From a virus: 64,000 nucleotides of DNA. The notes under the pieces were generated by a model. It saw only the letters and a program-made list of their open reading frames with translations, made no database searches and had not been told where the DNA came from. The position numbers were made by a program, and so were the translations under genes. The DNA is taken from the IMG/VR virus record IMGVR_UViG_3300027708_000019; one strand, given 5' to 3'. Shown here piece by piece: positions 20,801 to 31,100 of the stretch; the first letter of the stretch is position 1, and each line of letters opens with the position of its first letter.

Positions 20801-23087
20801 GAATAGTCAACACATCTTTCTTAGGCATGTCGAATATTGAATCACCATCTTCAGGTTTCTGGAATACACAATCTGCTCTATATAATGGACCAGAAATATT
20901 ATATGTACTGAAACGTGTTACTAATGCGCCTCTATCGGATCCTTGAAGATCGCGAACAAAGAAGAACTGAGATGGCACATTTGGGAACCAAACCATATCA
21001 CCAGCAGTTAACTGGGTTGAAGAAAGCCATTTAGTACCAAAACCAGTCATTGTTGCAGCAATATTTCCACTTGTTGCGATTGTAGCTGTACCAACTTGTG
21101 TTGAGTTATATGTTTGTGGGATTACTAGAGCACGGAAACACTGTGGATCACCACCAGCAGAAGTTGAACCAACGCTTAATGGTGTACCAATAACACGAAC
21201 TTTACGGAAATCTTTACCTGGATCCATTTGGACATCCATTAAAGATATTTTAGCAGTTGCTCTACCACCAATTGGCTGAGCACCTTCTACATAACGTAGA
21301 CGAGCAGTACCAATTTTAGATGTTGGTAGGAAATACGCAGCATCATTTGATGAGCCACCAGAGTTATCTGTCCAGGATTGCATACTGTTTGTAAATACAG
21401 TCGTTGTAACTGTGTTCGCAAGAATCTTTGCAACAGTATATTCATTAACACCTGTTGATGATGTTTGATGCGCAACAATACCATATGTCAATTTGGCTGA
21501 CATATATCCCCATGAACCAACAGTACCAGAACTATCAGCTGATGCTGTTAAATACGGCATACTTTGTGAAGCATTTGGTGGAGTATCAACTGAATATAAG
21601 TCAACAATTTGGAAACCATCAATATCTGGAACACCAAAAGGAATTACATCGATAAGGTTACCAACAGAAACTGGAACACCAGTATTTTTAATTTTGTTAT
21701 ATGATCTTGCTTTTGGTGCTTCAACATATCTAACACCATTTACAGCAAATTCAAATCCTTTGATATATGCTTTACCATTTTTTAAACCAAATGCAATTTT
21801 TTCAGTATCTCCACCTTCAGACTCTGAATAGATACCATAATTATATGTGGCTTGTGGTGTAAATCTCCAGCGAACACCACCATCACTAACAGCACCAGAA
21901 ACGTGCGTTGGGGCAGATGTACCAGAAACACCTGAATCTAAACAGATGTAGAAATTTGTTTTACCAGAAGATGGGCTTACATAATAAACTGTATCGCCTT
22001 TACCGTATGCCGTTGTTCCTGTCCAAACACCTTGGTCTGAGTTACGATGTTGACGCATTTCAATTTCAAAATCGCGAACAGTATAATCACCATTGGTATC
22101 ATATGTTCTGCGAGCAAGTACTTTTTCTAATTCAGCAAGACTTGAACCTTGCGCTTCGAATTGTAAAATACCTCTTCTTAATGTAGAAAGAACAATAAAA
22201 CTTTCGCTGGCATAGCCAACGTCTTTTTTCGTAAGAACTAAAACAACTCTGTAGCGATGAGCACCTGGAGCAGTATAGTTTGGTGTTCCAGTTGAATTGT
22301 CTAATAATGTTGTGTCTTGCTCTGGAGTTATGATGTTGTCAACAATATCTAAACCAACTGCAGTTGTTGGTGTATTTGTATATTTTGATAAACAAATTCT
22401 TTGTGAGTCAACTTTAACGAATGCGCCATTGACATAGAAAATACCAGTAGTGATGTTTGCGATATAAGAATCGTTTTGATAATCGCTTACGTTTTGAATT
22501 CTTACACGATATGATCCAGAAGCAGCTGTAATTACTTCACCAGTTCTTGGATTTGTATATGTTGGAGAAACATAATCTGTTGTTGTTACAACTGGATCTG
22601 TTTCGCTTGTTCCACCAGTAGATGTTGTTACAACGCTTGCCACTACATCAAATTTTAATACTTCATTTTGTGAGAAATATTCTTCTCCGTTAAAACCTTG
22701 TGAAACATATTTGATGTGGAAAAGTGGAGGATCACCAGCTGATGTAGATGGCTCACCCAAAACTAGAGTTGCTCTTACGCCAGTGGTTTCACCAGTAATT
22801 GTAATGTTATCTAATGCTTGGATGAATGTATCAAGATTAAATGATTTGTCAATTTCTAGTGGTTCTAGTTTAATTGAGTATGCTGTAATGAGTTTCAACT
22901 CTCCAGGGATAACTCTGGACTTATTTTTAAATACATAATCGCCAAGTCTTTGGACTTGTTTTTGTAAGATCGTCTGCGCTTGTGTTAATTCACGTGCCTG
23001 AACAGAATATCCAGGACGGAACAGGACACGCAGGAATTTCTTATCCTCATCATAATCGTCGTAATATGGCGATACGTTAAAATTCAT
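14817..23087 (-). CDS. Very large virion structural protein, DUF4815-type (2756 aa)
   Basis: N-terminus NFNVSPYYDDYD..K.F.RVLFRPG.SVQARELTQ.Q.ILQ, APGAHR, LARRTYD..GDY, DRFKNGF.VDNF, DPLAQTF and C-terminal VP.IKDLRIIA are hallmarks of this T4-like baseplate/fibre-associated family. Confidence 0.8.
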   Translation of the reverse strand: MNFNVSPYYDDYDEDKKFLRVLFRPGYSVQARELTQAQTILQKQVQRLGDYVFKNKSRVIPGELKLITAYSIKLEPLEIDKSFNLDTFIQALDNITITGETTGVRATLVLGEPSTSAGDPPLFHIKYVSQGFNGEEYFSQNEVLKFDVVASVVTTSTGGTSETDPVVTTTDYVSPTYTNPRTGEVITAASGSYRVRIQNVSDYQNDSYIANITTGIFYVNGAFVKVDSQRICLSKYTNTPTTAVGLDIVDNIITPEQDTTLLDNSTGTPNYTAPGAHRYRVVLVLTKKDVGYASESFIVLSTLRRGILQFEAQGSSLAELEKVLARRTYDTNGDYTVRDFEIEMRQHRNSDQGVWTGTTAYGKGDTVYYVSPSSGKTNFYICLDSGVSGTSAPTHVSGAVSDGGVRWRFTPQATYNYGIYSESEGGDTEKIAFGLKNGKAYIKGFEFAVNGVRYVEAPKARSYNKIKNTGVPVSVGNLIDVIPFGVPDIDGFQIVDLYSVDTPPNASQSMPYLTASADSSGTVGSWGYMSAKLTYGIVAHQTSSTGVNEYTVAKILANTVTTTVFTNSMQSWTDNSGGSSNDAAYFLPTSKIGTARLRYVEGAQPIGGRATAKISLMDVQMDPGKDFRKVRVIGTPLSVGSTSAGGDPQCFRALVIPQTYNSTQVGTATIATSGNIAATMTGFGTKWLSSTQLTAGDMVWFPNVPSQFFFVRDLQGSDRGALVTRFSTYNISGPLYRADCVFQKPEDGDSIFDMPKKDVLTIRGGETLQDNNTTYTTLEKAVVTGGSSDGTYVTLNVSSVEPDQIRITDVAAYVVINNTTGELVNPYDITLNTLTTASIRLNASASRTNSLAYLQNDSYSVFIPTLKRLTNAKEKVKSLVSASQDITIQQNIELDTIKINKADVYRILKIEMFPNVIFGNDISGQITGTGVDITTNYEFDNGQRDTHYDLARLIKSKSVAFPSGPIRITYEYFEHSGGDYFSADSYPDLLYEEIPNYFSKVTGRTISLRDVLDYRPRVNDGGTFDGGTASLTALPQQKYGFQCDFAYYLPRKDKIVLNKSGQFVVIQGVSSENPQYPELPDDVMELFDVEYKPYTYKVNSSNVFIKPIDNKRYTMKDIAKLEKRIANLEDATVLNSLERSTATFSIKDQDGLDRFKNGFVVDNFTGHKVGDVSNPDYECSIDILENNLRPAFYTVGVDMVEVAQSVVERNTYNYRIHPGNIATLPYYAGPEYFYKNKNEIQTIIDKGANATSVELFRKETLIRENNDLIIMEQPYATESVQVTALLTGSSSGTVTLFPSGDTWVETDIPQELVINENGTYDSVAAQADALGIDFGTIWNQWQVSGFGRPVTTVSNSSWRSGAGTYYSSTSVTTQQVSESAKGKTTSLNESVGLTQINGRLTARQSQSYIRSRPVTFVANGLKGGSRVYAFCDTTNVTDYCTQASRLYLAARGFDYSEVPFQFGKSATERNVWLTFNTDDVFSGSTSNYERTFIGSLANSDFNYTTSFTSVFNGTVIQPSSIVTTGTSTILGDVGTNLIPKNSEVQAFTKGEVIKGMVSGATAIVILHEQSTSTQNGNADGSIDCLHVLNIRGTFKAGEQISGTIKRDKLNGGVLTLTLRASSHFEAPSPGNLITSGTGRVAGTWLITSGQTINNKSSPKFLTGKRTFSLQDTITNTASSAGIVDRTCYADAVYSAVGIIDAGGGGVVGVRNASVGVGDVTRDRSYTQTLASSTSTSYVPDPPPPQSQDPLAQTFIVSSAASMADASQGSFVTDVELFFANKDPIAPIAVEIRTTQNGYPTTTTLPFGQKYLYPSQILTSTTGTVGTRVRFDAPVYVKEGEMYCVVLSTLSPTYSVYTATLEKTDISNNKLGKVLKNPATGSMFRSQNSATWSESSTQDLKMVIYRAIFNTTSSGTTVDALGTTVGESFIYLKPKDIKPLSNSGRQSKFTKLALNPFRCTLGKSEIIVRQPNHGMIAGAYVTYQNVTGSESFGFTNALFNTGTHTETQYDIKTAAYVTTGTIVKHKVYKVYSHDLYSIRLYDTSGSARLATGSGQFGGDQMYASMNALYTVLHPSVAMMNLEATTVTGQIKTTSGRSPTGSETPFTKDNTWNDIILNDNNYFPSQRVILNKQNEIDVLDRANSLELRLQLQTKSKFVSPMVDIDRVVLAATQNRIDDPVTTKSPNSNYYSATGGFDGSQIFFSEYENKQGGAQMGYITRKLQFKNTSKLLKIQFAASVPSNMGIDKSTPSITLPIKIKSGSRTSEHPDVVTQRTAITTTYAIGTTTIGFQSVTGIVDGMYVYGPGIQTGTRVNGISSTNVTFDKAIKVIIPSSSSGTVYFFTGFDISGQNKTQQIDVGDYVTYNNTSGSGTPIPSNTYVVKAPKNTYFTKKVGTYSSGAFVEATTAVPVALFNGVRSGIDPTTNTMTFFVDDLTNIKQGMYCYILNYANNDATYVWAPMTVRRVLRVNTDAKSITVEKLSPLDEISTIGYSNFFYFNSNNSVITFFNPTIELNQAVTADVVPTLSSRTATNLLSFTTPPASEVEVYAKITNGGNAVSTSALQFQSNEYNASTNPYGVDSTNDIIYFPIAHNLNTGSAVLYNAQSNVITNLKSGTVYYAIFASTTSIKLATSYTAAVETEKGTSGYAAINISATSVQENHTLTDVNQKNQASIEDKSYFRILPDTSIGGDSSTYGGIYPLAVGKGQLTTTDDPSEYIDHSFTVDNLDPFNTAIIKITMRSRNPAYVPKIKDLRIIATA

Positions 23088-23118
23088 TTAATTTTCTCCA
23101 GTGGTAATGTTCTATTTA

Positions 23119-25149
23119 TCAAAATTCTAGAACAAATCTAAATTTTTCTTTTTCTGTGGATCTTGTAACAGCATTTCTATACTCAGCAAACACCACATTA
23201 CCAGTATACTTTTGAACTGTTGGATAAGAAACACTATCCGAACCTGTATATTTAAGGGTATGTGTACCAACGCCAAGACCAGTTAAATCGATGTTTGTTT
23301 TAGCGATTGCGTTGGCATATGATGTTGCTAATCTAATTTCGTTTGCAGTTACACGAATAATGTAATAGGTATTTCCACTCACAAGAGTAGAACCTGTTGT
23401 TGGGATTGTTGTTCCACCACCATTTGTATATACTACTTGGTCGCCAGTAAGGAATGGGTGGGCATTGATAACAATAGTATCAGAAGCAATAACTACAACA
23501 GAACCAGACGCTGAATTAAATGTAGCATATGGACCAAGATACATTGTTGTAGATGAATCTGTTTTTGTTAATAAATTACCAGCGACTAATGGTGATTGTT
23601 CAACTAACTGTTCGGTTGAGCGGATAAAAGAAACATACCCTTTAACTACTGTGTCCGTAAATGTATGAGTAGAACCAATTCCAGCAGTAATTGAAATAGC
23701 AATATTACCTTGCGCATTAGCCAAAGATGATGCCAATTTAAAATTATCAGTATCAACTTTAATTACAAAATATGATGCGCCATTTGTAAGATTACCAATT
23801 GTAGTACCACCACCTGTTGAATAATTTACTGTATCTCCAGTAACTAATCCGTGACCAATAGCAGCAATTGCTTTGGTTGATGCGTTAACTGCTGTTGCTG
23901 CATTGATAGTAACAATATCAGCAACATATGAATTATCTTGTCTCTCAGCAACAACTGTTCCGATTGCGTTTGACAATCCGCTTGTTGGTGAAGTATATCT
24001 ATCACCATATGCTACTGTACCTGTTACTGCGTTATATCTAAACTCAGTAAAATTTTTAAGTAAGGTATCAGTTGCAGCAGAAGTTGAATTATACTGTAGT
24101 GGATCTTCCAATAAACCTACTGATCTATATGTTAAATTAGTAACATATGTTCCTGATGTTGCGCCATATGCAGTTGGTGCATTACCACGTGTTGGAAAAT
24201 ATACATCAGTATTGATATTTGAAATTCTAGCGATCAAATAATTTGGATCGATTTCATTTGATACATTGTTACCAAACCCACCATATGGTGCAACAACTGC
24301 TCTAGCAGTTGCTGTAGTTGTTGGAGTTCCACCACCACTAATTGTTAGTGTCAAATATGTATAACCAGAACCAGCAGTAGTAACTGGGATATATGCTATT
24401 GAACCTGCAGAAAGAACTGGTGTACCAAGAACCAAACCAGTACCATCGCCTTTGACTGTTACAGTTGGTGTTGATGTATAACCAGCACCACGACTGAGCA
24501 TAACAATTGAAATTACTTGCCCAGAAGCTACTTTTGTTGATATTAAATTCGAAGGAATTGGCGCATAAGAAGATGTTAAAAATTCTTCAGCATCTGCTGT
24601 TGTTAATGTGCCATAATATTTCCAGCGATATCCATCAGACAATGTTTGAATTTGGTCTGTTGTGAATGTTGGTTTTGTTGTTGATGGAATTGCGTAACCA
24701 GTTGTTATGCTACGATTATCTATGCAACGATACAGTTTATATGAACCACTATCATATACAAGAACAAGACTATTTGTTTTAGATAAAGATAAAGGTAATG
24801 TAGATGCGCCTGTTGTTGTTACGCCATTAACAGTGCCATCATAATCGTCTCTATACATATCATAATAGTTTCCGCTTACCCAATCATTTCTTTTATAAGA
24901 GAAAACTATATCAGAAGATGATACTTTCTTCATGCCAATAATTCCATCCCAAATTTGTTTCTCGCAAAGTTGGGAATCTGTTGGTGTTGGAGGTGCTGTA
25001 TCGCTGTAACTTCCACCTGGATATGTTGACCAAGCTACTGGGTTACCAAAATAATAATAGAGTTTTTTAGCACCACTAACAATGCTGGAATAATATCCCT
25101 TTGCATTTTGTGCCTTTGATTCTTGTTTGATTATTGCATACTGTGCCAT
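23119..25149 (-). CDS. gp8: Baseplate wedge protein gp8-like with inserted repeat domains
   Basis: W..IIGMKKV...R.DW.SG..YDMYR.DY, Y.C.DN, DGYRWKY, EYR.AVTR...E..RFVLEF; follows gp7. Confidence 0.8.
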   Translation of the reverse strand: MAQYAIIKQESKAQNAKGYYSSIVSGAKKLYYYFGNPVAWSTYPGGSYSDTAPPTPTDSQLCEKQIWDGIIGMKKVSSSDIVFSYKRNDWVSGNYYDMYRDDYDGTVNGVTTTGASTLPLSLSKTNSLVLVYDSGSYKLYRCIDNRSITTGYAIPSTTKPTFTTDQIQTLSDGYRWKYYGTLTTADAEEFLTSSYAPIPSNLISTKVASGQVISIVMLSRGAGYTSTPTVTVKGDGTGLVLGTPVLSAGSIAYIPVTTAGSGYTYLTLTISGGGTPTTTATARAVVAPYGGFGNNVSNEIDPNYLIARISNINTDVYFPTRGNAPTAYGATSGTYVTNLTYRSVGLLEDPLQYNSTSAATDTLLKNFTEFRYNAVTGTVAYGDRYTSPTSGLSNAIGTVVAERQDNSYVADIVTINAATAVNASTKAIAAIGHGLVTGDTVNYSTGGGTTIGNLTNGASYFVIKVDTDNFKLASSLANAQGNIAISITAGIGSTHTFTDTVVKGYVSFIRSTEQLVEQSPLVAGNLLTKTDSSTTMYLGPYATFNSASGSVVVIASDTIVINAHPFLTGDQVVYTNGGGTTIPTTGSTLVSGNTYYIIRVTANEIRLATSYANAIAKTNIDLTGLGVGTHTLKYTGSDSVSYPTVQKYTGNVVFAEYRNAVTRSTEKEKFRFVLEF

Positions 25150-25150
25150 A

Positions 25151-28100
25151 TTAGGTCGTCATCTCTGTTATGATTGCATTACTTGTATTATTTATAGTGC
25201 TTCCATTAAGAACTGTATTGCCAAGTTTCTCTACACCCGAATTAACTGTAAAATAATCAACCTCGCCAAATACAGCAAAACCAGCTGGATGAACCAGTTT
25301 ATTGAAGTAAGGTTTCCAATTATCGTGCGAGTTAGCACCTCTGATTACATACGAATAGTCTTGGTAATAATGAGAGTCTTGCAATCTTGTTGTTGTATTT
25401 AATAAGTTTTTATCGCTTGCGTAGTTGTTACTTGATCCATTTTCTGTAGATTCTGTAATCGCAGAAGGAGCAGCAGAAGCAACAGCAGTAAACATACCAG
25501 AACGACCAACAGCTGTATATGCAGTATAACCTGATGGCTGCGCAGCTGTTACAGGAACTGACAATTTTCTATCTGTATAAAGTCTAAATTTATTAGATCC
25601 CATAATAGAAGCATAGTAGTAACCATCAGCAATATTTGGTGAGAACCCACTTATGTAAACCATATCTTGATTTACCATATGGTGCTCATCGCCTGTTGTC
25701 ACAACAGATGTACCTTCTGATACTGCGATACTAGCAATAGTGAATGCTCTTCCAACAAGTGCTGTTGCTCCAGATGTTACGCCAGTAATTGTAGTACCAA
25801 CTCCTGGAGTTGTGTTGCCCAGAGTAATTGGTGTTACCTGATTCCAGTTAATCTTAAAGTAGTGTCCTTCTTTGGACAGTAATGTTCCAACTTCTGATGT
25901 TCCAACTTTAATTGTTTCGCCCTGCACAAAAGTACCACTGATTGTATCAGACATAAACGAATATGGAACATATAATGTTCTTGATACATTGTGAACACCA
26001 CCATCCATAATTTCAAAACCAGTAATCGAACCTACTTGATTTGTTATTGGATATATGTCAGCACCAGAACCTGAACGCTGACCAGCTGTTTTAATTGTAA
26101 CAGTTGGAACTTTTCTATAATGACCTGGAGATGTTAGCACAACTTGGTCAAGATATCCTGTTTCTGTTTGTAGATTTGATCCATATGTGATTGTAAATTC
26201 TTCAATACCTGTTCCTGTTACACCTGGATTTAATGTCGCAGCATAATTTGGTTGAGTTGAATATGGAATTAATTCAGCAATTTCAGAAGCTGTATCAAAA
26301 TCTGTTCTTGTAAAATACTGTGAACCAGTTCCTCTAGCAGTAATATTGATAGGATTGTTGTTTATCGCATCAATAAAAGATGCAGCTATTTTGAAAGTAG
26401 TTGAATTTATTTTAATTACATACACTGTAGAAACTGCTGGTGCGAACGATGTTCCGCTAGTACTGTAAGATATTTCATCACCAGTATAAAACACGTGACC
26501 ATATGGAGCTGTAATTATATCAGTATCAGGATCCATATTAGTAGATAACAATGTCAAATAACCAAAATTACTTGTTGTTAAATTTGATCTTGTTGTCAGA
26601 CCAAATGATTCAGTTGATCCTGTTGTTGAATCTTTAACAAACATTGTTTGACCACTATCAATTAATGTGCTTAAAGATCTTTGTGTTCTAATTGTTACCT
26701 TATCACCAGTATTTAAATAATTTGTATATTGACCAGGAGTAAAGAATTGTTGTTCTTTGATTGTATTGTTTGGAAACAAATTACCATTAGTACCTTTTAC
26801 GATAATAGAAGCTGTTCCAGAACCAACAGTTTTAGGAACAATTGGAATATTGTTTGATGCGTTCTCTAGGGATGAAGCGAATTTAATTTCTAGATCATCA
26901 ACATAAATTACATAATACTCAGCATTATTTGTCAGTCCAGATGGTACAGTTCCTGTTGTTGAAAATACTACCTTACTTAAACCAGACAATGTATGTGGGG
27001 TTGCGAAAGTAATACCACCAGTAATTGTATCAACAGTACTGATTGCAATTGAACTTACATATAATCTAGTATCAAAAGATAAATCTTTAATTGAGTTAAA
27101 ATTTAATGATTGCGGTACAGTTTGTAGAGAACATGTTTTGCCAGATGTTGCGAATGCAGTAAATGTAACATATGTGTTTGAACTGTAATTTGCAAAAGAT
27201 GAACATAATTTTACAGTGTTTGCATCTATTACTTTTACATAATATGTTGTGTTATCAACCAAACCAGATGGAGCATTTCCATTAAAATCTGTTCTAAATC
27301 TTACCCAAGAACCATCAACCAAATTATGATTTCTAACTGTTATCGAAGAAGATGATACGTTTGTTGATGGATCAAAAAATCTTGCCAATGAAATATTATT
27401 ATCTTTTATTAATCCTGTGAATGGATTCTTAACACCAACGCTTGATAATGGATTTGTATATGTACTTGCTACTGTTGTTCCTGAGACAACAGGATTATAA
27501 AATAATTCATTACCTTCTAAATTGGAACCGAAGTTTGCGCCAAGAGAGAATGGTGTTATTGAATTTGTGTCAGCAACTGCATCTTCATATGTTGGGTACA
27601 TCTTAACATATTTACCATAATCATTTTGACCATTTACAATATAAACTTCTTGAATGAATGGTGATACATATGAACCAGTTTCTATTGAATGTTGTGGATC
27701 ATTTGCTAATAATTGTGAATCTGAAACTTTTTCAATAATATAATCAGATTTCTGTAATGATTTGATTGTTACAGTATAATCTTTAATAGTTGTATTAGGT
27801 ACTACGTTTTGATTTGGCGACCAACAATTCATAAATGTATAGATTGTTCTTTGTACGTCGCTAGAAATTTTAGTGTAATCTGCTTTGTTTGCATAATATA
27901 CTAAATGTTTTCTTGGGTCAGCAGGATCCAATGATGGCGAGAAAAACTCAAGCATTATCGTTGGATTCATAATTGACATTTTTTGTTGCGCTAATGATGC
28001 ATAGCCATTTGTGTTTGTTTCAAAGGCAATACTATCACCACCCTCTAACAAAAACACATCACTTCCAGCATATGGAACACCCTCTAAAGAAACGCTGTCA

Positions 28101-31100
28101 TTAAAATCAACATCGGTAAAAGAAAAACCATCTTTAGTAGATTCAATAATATTTGTCAGATTAACTTCGAAAGGCATATCAACATTATAATTTAATTCTC
28201 TTGGTAATGAGAAGTTAATTGTAAAATATTTCTTTTTATTTGTATTGTATGCAGTTTCGCTTGTTACTGTGCCAGTTACTGTTTTAGATATACCAACTGG
28301 TCCATTGTTTGACATTGGATATGCTGGTTCATTATCATAATTTGTTGTTTCAACAAAACTTATTCTACGTTGATCATCAAGCTGCGCTGAGTAAATAAAA
28401 TTACCTTGACCAGCTCCGTCTGTATAATATACAGAATTATTTTTAGATGAAGCCACCATCATTGTTGGACCAAAATTAGCAAACTCTGATGGACCAGAGG
28501 AATACAATGTAATGTCGCTTGGTAATATTGCATTTACATATGGTTGGTCAGAGTATTCATCTGAGTAGATGTTTTTATTTGTGTTATACAATTCTTGATA
28601 TGTGCTAATCTCAGCATAATCATTCCATGCTCTGAACAAACGCTGTTGACCTCTGTTAATATCGTCAACCATTTGCAAGGATTTACGCTCGACCATAACA
28701 CGTGCTTGAGAATAATCTGGAATGTCAACTGTTAAAATATTTTGTTTAATAGAAACATCTGATTTTTCTAAAGCAATGAATGGATTTGTTACATAATCTT
28801 CAATCTCTGATGGATTTGTTTTATTGATTTCTAAATTATATGGCACAACAGTATTATCAAAATCGTTTCTTTCCGATATTAAGTAATCAGTATTTTCATT
28901 AATCGATTGAAACAGATAAACTTTATTGTCTACTGTATATGGATACATTGTTTTGAAACCTGTATTACTATCAGTCGGAATATTTGGATCAAGATTATAT
29001 TTTAAACCCATATCCCTTGTTCCGCAAGATCTTTTCTTAGCAGAGATAGTAATCGCAGAATTAGCAACAGCTGTTGATGTATAATTTGCACCATTGGTTA
29101 CATGAGAGCCAGCGAAATTTGTAAAATAACATGTTGTTCCAGATGAAGCAGCTGGTGTTAATACTTGAGCAAGACCAACATTATATGCTTCACTGTTAGA
29201 TCCTCCATATGGTAACAATATAATGTTGTTAGAATCCACAGGCAAGCAGTTAAATAATTGCCCATCAGTAATTCCACCAACAGTACCTGAATATATACCA
29301 GCTTCGATATCTTGGAAAGTATTATATCGAATTATCTCACCATCATTAAACCCATGCGATGGTACATTAATTACAATATAAGCACCTGCGCCACCCAGCT
29401 GTGTTACATTTGCTGGATCAAAACCAACTCTTCTAAATGTTCCATCATATGTTTCTTGAATCAGAATGTTTGATGCATCATTCTCTTCATAAAAATCTGT
29501 TGTTCCATCTTCGCCAACAATCTTAACAGAACGAAGATCGTATTGAACTGGCATAATAAAAATTTTGAATTTAACAACTGTATCTTTACGGAAAACAAAT
29601 CTATATTCCCATGGTCTTGTTGTATTTAAATCGTGACCACAAAGTTGATTTGTTTCTCGAATGTAAATTATTGGACCTCTGCTTTGTGTACCAGCATTTT
29701 CAGAGAATGGATATAGTGGGCTGAGTGTATTTTGCGACAACTCATATGCACCAATCTGTTGCTGTAATGAAAGGTTGCCAATTTTTGTATCAAGCAATAC
29801 TGTATCAGTAACATTTTTATTAACAACACCAATTGATGGTGTTACTGTTGACGAACCTCTTGATGTTAATTCATAATATTCTAATGCGTTATAATCAGTA
29901 TCAGTGTCAAACTGAATAATTACAGTTCCTGGATTTGGTGGTGTTCCTTCGGTACAATTGATTGACCCAATATATAATTCTTCATCAATCAATGCTACAC
30001 TAATACCTTCATTTTTTGTCCAGTTTAATGCATAGTTTGATGATGCACCAACACGTGGAAGAATTGTTCTAAACAATCCTTGGTTATATGTATACGATGC
30101 TCTAGTATAAGATATTGAATCTTCTTGTTGCTGCTCAGCAAGAATACCAAATTCTGCTGAAGAAATTGAACCAGTGTTGATACCTTTTGTTGTTTCATCA
30201 GTAACTGACATATTGGCTGCTGCTGGTGCACCAAAATTACCATACTCTTGACGAATTTCAAAATTATCTTCGAATGTAAATTTATCCTCTGGTTCAAGCC
30301 AATTAAAATCATTTATCTCTGATATGATTTGTTTATTGATTGTGCTTTGAACTCTAGCAGTTGCTGGAACTTCGCCATCTAGTGGTGTTCCAAAATCAAC
30401 TGTATCATAAACTGAATAGTTATCGCCACGACTTAACAATACAAGTTGTTCAATTGTTCCTGATGAAACTGTTGATACTTTAATATTTTCTGTGTTGGAT
30501 TGTGCTGTTGGTAATACAGCGGAATCTCCTGGAGCATAATTCTGCCCACCAAATGTTGGAGTTGTTGTTGACAACTGAGATTTTAAATTAAATGTTACGC
30601 TTGTTCCATTAACATTGGTTGCATAAACTAAATCTGCTGTTGTGAAATTTAAAATTAAATTGTCAGCAGAAAGATAAAGGATATCGTAGTTTGGATCATA
30701 GTCAACTACACGTGCCTTAACTGTTTTGTGACCATTGATGGCATCAACTTGATAAATTTCTGAACCAAGAAGATGTTCAATTTGGTCGCCTGAAAGATTA
30801 TATATTTTAATCTTAAATGTTTTTCTCCAAATACCAGCATCTAATTTTAAGATGTCTTCTTTTGGTAAAAAGAGTTGAACTTCTTCGCCATATAAAATTC
30901 TAAAGAATGCTTTGATCGAATCAATAGAACCTTTTGAATTATAAAACTCAGCGATATGTTTTAATACAAACTTCTTGTCAGATACAACGAATTGTGGAAA
31001 ATCTGGCAAGAACAATGTGTAAAATGTAGAAAGAATATCAGGATCATCTTGATCATCGATATCATTATATGTATCGATATTTCTTAATACATCATTCGCC

